DNA of 4,282 nucleotides from a virus (Duplodnaviria; Heunggongvirae; Uroviricota; Caudoviricetes): IMG/VR virus record IMGVR_UViG_2585427751_000006, positions 1 to 4,282 of that record; one strand, 5' to 3'. Shown piece by piece: positions 1 to 4,282 of this stretch (position 1 is its first letter; each line of letters starts with the position of its first letter). The notes under the pieces were generated by a model. It saw only the letters and a program-made list of their open reading frames with translations, ran no database searches and was not told where the DNA came from. The position numbers and the translations under genes were made by a program.

Positions 1-210
1 GAATGGCATACGCTGGGCTTCCGTTTTGCCGGTAACAACAGTATTGAGGTGACGCCGGTCATTGATGGTAAGGACGGGACACCATTCATGCTGTCGCAGT
101 CTCCGGTCGGCACGTTTACGGCAGACAAGTTGCGCGTGACCGATATCACTAAAAATGCGACTTACCCGGTACTGATTGACAGTATCGTGGTGGAAGTGAA
201 TAACGCGTAA
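1..210 (+). CDS. 3' end of an unidentified protein-coding gene (5' end outside window); C-terminal 69 aa EWHTLGFRFAGNNSIEVTPVIDGKDGTPFMLSQSPVGTFTADKLRVTDITKNATYPVLIDSIVVEVNNA
   Basis: Open frame from position 1 in frame 1 to TAA at 208-210, no internal stops. The alternating hydrophilic/hydrophobic pattern suggests beta-rich structure. No family recognised. It does not look like the NlpE C-terminus that K-12 synteny would predict, but that is judged from memory only. Confidence 0.5.
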   Translation, partial: EWHTLGFRFAGNNSIEVTPVIDGKDGTPFMLSQSPVGTFTADKLRVTDITKNATYPVLIDSIVVEVNNA

Positions 211-224
211 GCAGGATAAAAAAA

Positions 225-259
225 TGCCGCCGGTAAGGGAAAACAAGAAACCGGCGGCA
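225..259 (-). terminator. GC-rich hairpin (10-bp stem TGCCGCCGGT/ACCGGCGGCA, 15-nt loop) that is terminator-like only for minus-strand transcription
   Basis: Perfect inverted repeat at 225-234 and 250-259. An A7 run lies at 218-224, so the U-tract follows the hairpin only on the minus strand; on the plus strand it is followed by AAAAAG. The loop is long for a classic terminator. Confidence 0.3.
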
Positions 260-354
260 AAAAGATCGTTATATCCAAAGCAAAAAATGCAGTGCACCTT
301 TTTACCTAACAGATATTACCGGTGTCAACACCATGTCAATAATTGGGAGGGATA

Positions 355-537
355 ATGACATTTTTACAGCTTATTTTATTGTATTTCTGCACGGCAGTAT
401 GTGCGTTATATCTGGTGAGTGGTGGTTATAAGGCCATCAGAAATTATGTTCGCCGCAAAATTGAGGACGCAGCAGCTGAAAAACTCAGTAAAACAGCGCA
501 GGCAACTCCGCTCCCAAAAGACCCGACCCAGCCCTGA
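355..537 (+). CDS. small single-pass membrane protein, 60 aa (MTFLQLILLYFCTAVCALYLVSGGYKAIRNYVRRK...)
   Basis: ATG at 355 preceded by GGGAGGG (346-351). The ORF track starts at TTG 343, but the ATG with this SD is the more plausible start. Hydrophobic N-terminal ~25 residues followed by a charged tail. Stop at 535-537. Confidence 0.5.
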   Translation: MTFLQLILLYFCTAVCALYLVSGGYKAIRNYVRRKIEDAAAEKLSKTAQATPLPKDPTQP

Positions 538-572
538 TTGCAGGGCTTTATTCCCGCATAAGGAGGATATAC

Positions 573-827
573 ATGCCAGAAATTAAAGGCACCGTCACTG
601 AAGACCTGGTAAAACAGGCACTGTATTCCGGTGAAGTAAATAAGTTGCTGAAAGCGCAGGTCCGCAAGGATTTTGAGGCACAAATCGACACTTACGTTGA
701 TGAGGTGCTGGAAAAACTTATTGGGCCAGCAGCAGCGGCCAGTGATGCTGATAATGAACCGAAAACCGACGCGCAGCCAGAGCAACCAGAACCGGCTCAG
801 CCCGGAACTGACAGCACCATGATGTAA
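573..827 (+). CDS. hypothetical 84-aa protein with helical N-terminal half and acidic, Pro/Ala/Gln-rich C-terminal tail
   Basis: ATG at 573 with a strong SD AAGGAGG (560-566) at 6-nt spacing. Lies 35 nt downstream of the preceding ORF, consistent with an operon. Followed directly by an intrinsic terminator. Confidence 0.6.
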   Translation: MPEIKGTVTEDLVKQALYSGEVNKLLKAQVRKDFEAQIDTYVDEVLEKLIGPAAAASDADNEPKTDAQPEQPEPAQPGTDSTMM

Positions 828-833
828 CAATAC

Positions 834-866
834 AAACCGGCAGTTTCTCCTGTCGGTTTTATTTTC
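834..866 (+). terminator. Rho-independent terminator for the 355-827 operon
   Basis: Stem AAACCGGCAG (834-843) pairs with CTGTCGGTTT (850-859) including one G-T wobble; 6-nt loop TTTCTC; then T-tract TTTTATTTT (857-865), 7 nt after the stop codon. Confidence 0.65.
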
Positions 867-902
867 ATGGGCGCTTTATATACCAATCAGAGGACAATAA
901 TC

Positions 903-1103
903 ATGGACAAGAATAAAAAGCAACCTGATACCAAAGGCCTGGAAAGATTAAGCGCGGAAATTATCAATGCGCTACGTTCAGGACTTGATGAAGATACATT
1001 ACAGGATCGAAACTTCGCCACCGCAATGTGGATAGCTATGCAGATCCTGTGTACCCCAAGATGCGCTATTTTTGCGGTTCGCGAAGGTCAACTGACTCGC
1101 TGA
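903..1103 (+). CDS. hypothetical 66-aa protein (MDKNKKQPDTKGLERLSAEIINALRSGLDEDTLQDRNFATAMWIAMQILCTPRCAIFAVREGQLTR)
   Basis: ATG at 903 with GAGGA (890-894) 8 nt upstream. The ORF-track start at 867 lies inside the terminator T-tract and lacks an SD, so 903 is preferred. No recognisable family. Confidence 0.35.
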   Translation: MDKNKKQPDTKGLERLSAEIINALRSGLDEDTLQDRNFATAMWIAMQILCTPRCAIFAVREGQLTR

Positions 1104-1272
1104 TTGCACGAATTACATCAGAAAAGCACGCGTTCCATAACTGCATAGCGGATGAATCACCTGCTGTATGAAAAGAGGTAAAGTTACCCCTGGTGGATGT
1201 CATTGCTGCAATTGTAATATCAGCTGCAATTCGCGCAGCCTGTAACTTTGGGTCTGTGGTTAGTTTATCCAT
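1066..1272 (-). CDS. possible 68-aa hypothetical protein, convergent with and overlapping the 3' end of the 903-1103 ORF
   Basis: ATG at 1272-1270 (minus) preceded by AGGAAAA. No family recognised; coding status uncertain. Confidence 0.2.
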   Translation of the reverse strand: MDKLTTDPKLQAARIAADITIAAMTSTRGNFTSFHTAGDSSAMQLWNACFSDVIRAISESVDLREPQK

Positions 1273-1379
1273 TTTTCCTGCCTGAACAGATATATCTCTG
1301 CTTTACAGGAGACCGGGGAATATCATAGGATACGCCACGAGCTCGAAGTAAAGCATTGATGCAAGTTTTTACAGATTGA

Positions 1380-1415
1380 CCCAGCATAGTTCCAGCTATG
1401 CTGGGTTTCCCTTTT
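1380..1415 (+). terminator. terminator-like hairpin (10-bp perfect stem CCCAGCATAG/CTATGCTGGG, 6-nt loop) followed by TTTCCCTTTT
   Basis: Perfect inverted repeat 1380-1389 and 1396-1405. The 3' tail 1406-1415 is T-rich but interrupted by CCC. Orientation is plus strand, since the minus-strand downstream flank is not U-rich. No plus-strand ORF ends nearby. Confidence 0.4.
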
Positions 1416-1485
1416 ATGTAGTATCCTGTTGATTTGAAACATACTACATATGCGCGCGATCCTACCTTCACTGGATAAAAAGTCA

Positions 1486-1503
1486 ATAAAATGATCATTT
1501 TAT
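1486..1503. promoter_or_regulatory. 18-bp perfect palindrome ATAAAATGATCATTTTAT centred on a GATC (Dam) site; candidate dimeric regulator binding site
   Basis: The sequence 1486-1503 equals its own reverse complement. GATC at 1493-1496 sits at the dyad, with another GATC 8 bp downstream (1504-1507). Confidence 0.4.
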
Positions 1504-1610
1504 GATCGTTTTCACACCCTAAGTCTTCGTTTTCTTTTAGTAAATAATCACCTCCCTGAATCATTGTTGATGACTTTTCAATCTATTTGTTGTATCAATT
1601 AAACACATCG

Positions 1611-1635
1611 AATCGATCGTTTTTGTCGATCGATT
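1611..1635. promoter_or_regulatory. inverted repeat AATCGATCG-N7-CGATCGATT carrying two GATC sites, in the com-mom upstream region; candidate operator overlapping a putative promoter
   Basis: Perfect 9-bp arms at 1611-1619 and 1627-1635, spacer TTTTTGT. GATC at 1615-1618 and 1628-1631. A possible -35 TTGTCG (1623-1628) and -10 TATCAT (1648-1653) are 19 bp apart; this promoter assignment is speculative. Confidence 0.4.
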
Positions 1636-1678
1636 AGGCGAGAAAGATATCATCAACAAAGCAGGAGGTTATGCGGCC

Positions 1679-1879
1679 ATGTATCGAAACATACGGTGCC
1701 GACACTGCAACAAGTTACTGGCACGGGCCAGTTTCAGTTATCTGGAAGTAAAATGTCCGCGCTGTAAAACCCTCAATCAAATCACATCTCCGAGCGCCAC
1801 AGAGCACCCCACATACACAAGGAAATCCTGTCGTGGGGAACAGAAAACAAGTTACATCCCGTATCATCAGCACGCCTGA
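1679..1879 (+). CDS. com: Com-like zinc-finger translational activator (phage Mu Com family), 66 aa
   Basis: ATG at 1679 with AGGAGG (1663-1668) 10 nt upstream. Protein [34 protein letters not shown]... has Cys at 7, 10, 26 and 29 (CxxC-N15-CxxC). It shares the IRC.xCNKLL / SF / CPRCK / EHPT pattern with Mu Com as I recall that sequence. Its 3' end overlaps the next ORF by 47 nt, as com overlaps mom in Mu. Confidence 0.8.
   Translation: MYRNIRCRHCNKLLARASFSYLEVKCPRCKTLNQITSPSATEHPTYTRKSCRGEQKTSYIPYHQHA
1807..1838 (+). promoter_or_regulatory. putative translation-inhibitory stem-loop sequestering the mom SD and GTG start codon
   Basis: CCCCAC (1807-1812) can pair with GTGGGG (1833-1838), and the latter includes the GTG start at 1833-1835. 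The enclosed loop carries the SD AAGGAAA (1820-1826), which can itself pair with TCCTGT (1826-1831) in a smaller hairpin. No folding energy was computed. Confidence 0.3.
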
Positions 1880-2570
1880 ACTTATTCTCTATAACGACAA
1901 TATCGTCGGTTATGGCTCCCGTGAGTTACGGGTTGAGACAATAAGTTGCTGGCTGGCCCGACTGGTCATCGTCAATAAACATTACAGCCACCGTTTCGTA
2001 AATAACTCCTACCTTCATCTGGGTATATTTTCAGAACGAGAGCTGGTTGGCGTAATGCAATGGGGTTATGCCCTTAATCCAAACAGTGGAGCGCGCGTCG
2101 TAACCGGTACGCAGAACCGCGAATATATGGAGCTTAACCGGTTATGGCTGCATGACTGTATGCCGAGAAACTCCGAATCAAGGGCCATCAGTTACGCACT
2201 CAAACTTATCAGACAGCTTTATCCGCAGGTACAGTGGGTTCAGTCGTTTGCAGATGAGCGTTGTGGCTGTCTTGGTGTCGTGTATCAGGCAAGCAATTTT
2301 GATTATGTAGGCAGCCATGAATCAACATTCTATGAACTTGATGGCGAGTGGTATCACGAGATTTGCAGGAATGCCATTAAACGAGGCGGACAACGAGGTG
2401 AACATCTGAGGGCTAATATCGACAGAGCCAGTGTTCATAAGTTCCGACAGTTTCGTTACATCCGGTTTCTGAACAAGAGGGCCAGAAAACGCCTCAACAT
2501 AAAGCTATTCAAAGTCCAGCCTTACCCAAAACCCCAAACAGTTAAAACTGGTTTGAAAGAGAGTGAATGA
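1833..2570 (+). CDS. mom: Mom-like DNA-modification enzyme (acyltransferase-fold adenine-modifying protein), 245 aa
   Basis: 738-nt ORF starting at GTG 1833, with no in-frame ATG until far downstream; SD AAGGA 7 nt upstream. It lies immediately downstream of and overlapping a Com homologue, and its size is close to Mu Mom. The call rests mainly on this arrangement; I cannot confirm Mom motifs from memory. Confidence 0.75.
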   Translation: MGNRKQVTSRIISTPELILYNDNIVGYGSRELRVETISCWLARLVIVNKHYSHRFVNNSYLHLGIFSERELVGVMQWGYALNPNSGARVVTGTQNREYMELNRLWLHDCMPRNSESRAISYALKLIRQLYPQVQWVQSFADERCGCLGVVYQASNFDYVGSHESTFYELDGEWYHEICRNAIKRGGQRGEHLRANIDRASVHKFRQFRYIRFLNKRARKRLNIKLFKVQPYPKPQTVKTGLKESE

Positions 2571-2587
2571 GCGCTTAAAAACTCATT

Positions 2588-3445
2588 CTAAAACCCAAAA
2601 GAAAAGCGCCGATTTAGTATCAAATAAGTTGCGTATCGGCGTTTTTCAGCGGTATCAAATGAAATGCAAATCGGTATCAAAAAAATCGCCGCGCTATATT
2701 CTGGCTTAAACGCAGAGACATCACCAATACGCATATGCATCAGATCGGCAGGGCTAATCCAGCCCGATTGCGCCAGTGTAAGTGGATGCCCGGCTTTGGC
2801 AAAGGCATCCGTGACAAATTCCGAACAAAACCACGACTTTTTGTCTCCTTCGCCCACACTGCTTAACTGCGCTTTCGCCAGGCCGCTGACGCACTGTTGG
2901 CGAAAATCCTCGGAGAACGGATTCAGTGAGCACATCTGGCGAGTCACCATAAAGGGAATAAATTCGACAATGCCGCGATAGTTATAACCGCTATCTTTGA
3001 TTTTATTGGCAAACGCGGTGATATCTGTGGCTTGTTGCGGGGTAAGATCCGGGACTCGTAAGACGAAAAGCTTATCACTATGCTTCATCGCTTTTTTAAG
3101 GGAAACGATCTGGACGCCAGCGCCTGTCGCTTCTGCAACGTTATTATCACCCAGAAAGATTGCAACGTGACTCACAGAGGAAGTGCTGAAGACGCGGATT
3201 CCAAATGAGGTTACCCCAAGGCTTGAGGAGAACAGCAAATCGCCGGGTTTGAGATCAGGTGCCGTTATTTCTTTTATTGATTGTTCGGTGAAAGAGCTTT
3301 GATGCTGGAATTTGACAGCCCATGTTTTTGCCTCGGCATCTACTGCTGTGGCTGATGGGTCTGGCTGGCTGATATCAACGGTACAAGCCGAAAGTAAAAG
3401 AAAGCTGGGGAGAAACAGGCGGCAGTACGCCTTTGGTTTATCCAT
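2588..3445 (-). CDS. yaeF: YaeF-type lipoprotein peptidase (YaeF/YiiX permuted papain-fold family), 285 aa as drawn
   Basis: Start taken at MDKPKAYCRLFLPSFLLLSAC (ATG at 3445-3443), not the ORF-track start at 3499, because the proS terminator lies between them. Signal peptide with lipobox LLSAC; catalytic-type WFCSEF motif. Position immediately downstream of proS with a 53-nt gap matches my recollection of E. coli K-12. The 3' end is uncertain (see findings). Confidence 0.75.
   Translation of the reverse strand: MDKPKAYCRLFLPSFLLLSACTVDISQPDPSATAVDAEAKTWAVKFQHQSSFTEQSIKEITAPDLKPGDLLFSSSLGVTSFGIRVFSTSSVSHVAIFLGDNNVAEATGAGVQIVSLKKAMKHSDKLFVLRVPDLTPQQATDITAFANKIKDSGYNYRGIVEFIPFMVTRQMCSLNPFSEDFRQQCVSGLAKAQLSSVGEGDKKSWFCSEFVTDAFAKAGHPLTLAQSGWISPADLMHMRIGDVSAFKPEYSAAIFLIPICISFDTAEKRRYATYLILNRRFSFGF
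2602..2646. terminator. possible bidirectional terminator between convergent mom and yaeF (A-tract, GC stem, long loop, T-tract)
   Basis: AAAAGCGCCGAT (2602-2613) pairs with ATCGGCGTTTTT (2635-2646); loop of 21 nt. Flanked by A4 on one side and T5 on the other. It lies within the last ~19 codons of the yaeF ORF as drawn. Confidence 0.3.
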
Positions 3446-3460
3446 TTTATACAATCCATG

Positions 3461-3492
3461 TAAAAAAAGGGCCCTGAAATTCAGGACCCTTT
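3461..3492 (-). terminator. Rho-independent terminator of proS
   Basis: Minus-strand transcript reads AAGGGTCCTGAATTTCAGGGCCCTTTTTTTA: a ~9-bp stem with one C-A mismatch, 3-nt loop, then a U7 tract. It sits in the 53-nt gap between the proS stop (3499-3501) and the yaeF start. Confidence 0.7.
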
Positions 3493-3498
3493 CTGGCA

Positions 3499-4282
3499 TC
3501 AGCCTTTAATCTGTTTCACCAGATATTCGACGATGTCACCAGTCTTAATTAACTGTTTCTCGCCGTTGCGACGATATTTATATTCGATATCGTCGTTGTC
3601 GAGGTTACGGTCGCCCAGCACAATAGTGTGCGGAATACCGATCAGTTCCATATCAGCAAACATCACGCCCGGACGCTCTTTGCGGTCATCCAGCAGCACT
3701 TCGATACCTTGTGCACGCAGTTCGCTGTACAGTTTCTCAGCAAGCTCTTGTACGCGGAAGGATTTGTGCATGTTCATCGGCAGAATCGCCACCTGGAACG
3801 GCGCGATAGCGTCAGGCCATACGATGCCTCGTTCGTCGTAGTTCTGCTCAATCGCCGCAGCTACCACACGCGTTACCCCGATACCGTAGCAACCCATCGT
3901 CAGGATTTGGTTACGGCCATCTTCACCCTGTACGGAGGCTTTCAGTGCTTCGGAGTACTTGGTACCCAGCTGGAAGATGTGACCAACTTCGATACCACGT
4001 TTGATCAGCAGCGTACCCTGGCCATCCGGGCTTGGATCGCCAGCCACCACGTTACGGATATCTGCAACTTCCGGGGTAGCGACATCGCGATCCCAGTTGA
4101 TGCCGAAGTAGTGTTTACCATCGATGTTAGCACCAGCAGCGAAATCACTCATCGCCGCAACGGTACGGTCAATCACCACCGGAATCGGCATGTTTACCGG
4201 ACCCAGTGAACCCGGACCGGCTTTAACCACGGCACGAATTTCTTCTTCGGTCGCGAAAGTCAGCGGGCTTGCAACCTGCGGC
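3499..4282 (-). CDS. proS: prolyl-tRNA synthetase, C-terminal ~260 codons (5' end outside window)
   Basis: The minus-strand frame is open from the window edge through to TGA at 3501-3499, so the gene continues upstream of the ORF-track Met at 4230. Translation ...[56 protein letters not shown]...[11 protein letters not shown] matches the class II ProS C-terminal region as I know it from E. coli. Confidence 0.95.

Noticed and set aside
343-354. TTG start at 343 for the membrane peptide
   Set aside because: The TTG overlaps the SD itself (GGGAGGG at 346-351); the ATG at 355 is correctly spaced from that SD.
444-830. 128-aa minus-strand ORF
   Set aside because: It is entirely antisense to two plus-strand ORFs that have strong SDs and a shared terminator. 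The translation is Trp/Cys/Phe-rich low-complexity typical of an antisense frame, and no SD is evident.
867-902. ORF-track start at 867 for the 903-1103 ORF
   Set aside because: The ATG at 867 lies inside the upstream terminator T-tract with no SD; the ATG at 903 has GAGGA 8 nt upstream.
1168-1245. Cys-rich 25-aa plus-strand micro-ORF (MKRGKVTPGGCHCCNCNISCNSRSL)
   Set aside because: Very short, with an AGAGG that is too close to a later ATG to serve it. It could be chance; noted only because of the cysteine cluster and cannot be supported without expression or conservation data.
1265-1564. 99-aa minus-strand ORF
   Set aside because: It lies in AT-rich DNA, has no SD before its ATG, and spans the plus-strand terminator hairpin (1380-1415) and the GATC-centred palindrome (1486-1503). 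More likely regulatory or non-coding DNA than a gene.
1671-1678. Alternative ATG at 1671 as the com start
   Set aside because: It is in a different frame giving a 26-codon ORF, and sits only 2 nt from the SD. The ATG at 1679 is at ideal spacing and yields the Com-like zinc-finger protein.
2664-2981. 105-aa plus-strand ORF
   Set aside because: Antisense within yaeF, which has clear lipoprotein and peptidase features; no translation signals.
3446-3499. ORF-track start for yaeF at 3499 ([18 protein letters not shown] extension)
   Set aside because: This extension would translate through the proS terminator hairpin and begin exactly at the proS stop codon. The internal Met at 3445 begins a canonical lipoprotein signal peptide and leaves the terminator intergenic.
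3312-3509. 65-aa plus-strand ORF
   Set aside because: Antisense across the yaeF 5' end, the proS terminator and the proS stop; no SD.
3533-4209. 102-aa and 193-aa plus-strand ORFs
   Set aside because: Both are antisense frames inside proS, whose identity is unambiguous; Ser/Arg-rich shadow-ORF composition.
1-4282. CRISPR arrays, tRNA/rRNA genes, IS elements with terminal inverted repeats
   Set aside because: No regularly spaced direct repeats, no cloverleaf-like conserved tRNA motifs, and no transposase-sized ORF flanked by inverted repeats were seen on reading the sequence.

Overview
The window joins a conserved enterobacterial core locus to about 2.6 kb of apparently accessory DNA. On the minus strand at the right are the C-terminal ~260 codons of prolyl-tRNA synthetase (proS), its intrinsic terminator, and the lipoprotein peptidase gene yaeF, an arrangement that matches E. 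coli-type synteny as I recall it. The left 2.6 kb reads on the plus strand: the 3' end of an unidentified gene, two small ORFs with strong ribosome-binding sites (a single-pass membrane peptide and an acidic 84-aa protein) closed by a clean intrinsic terminator, a weaker 66-aa ORF, an AT-rich ORF-poor stretch of ~570 bp carrying a cluster of GATC sites and two palindromes, and then a phage Mu-like com-mom pair. The com-mom pair is the most interesting element: a Com-type zinc-finger translational activator overlapping a Mom-type DNA-modification enzyme, here without any recognisable Mu context such as gin or tail genes. The com call rests on direct sequence resemblance to Mu Com recalled from memory; the mom call rests mainly on arrangement and size. 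No rRNA, tRNA, CRISPR array or IS element is evident. All calls come from reading the sequence and the ORF track; no database search was run.
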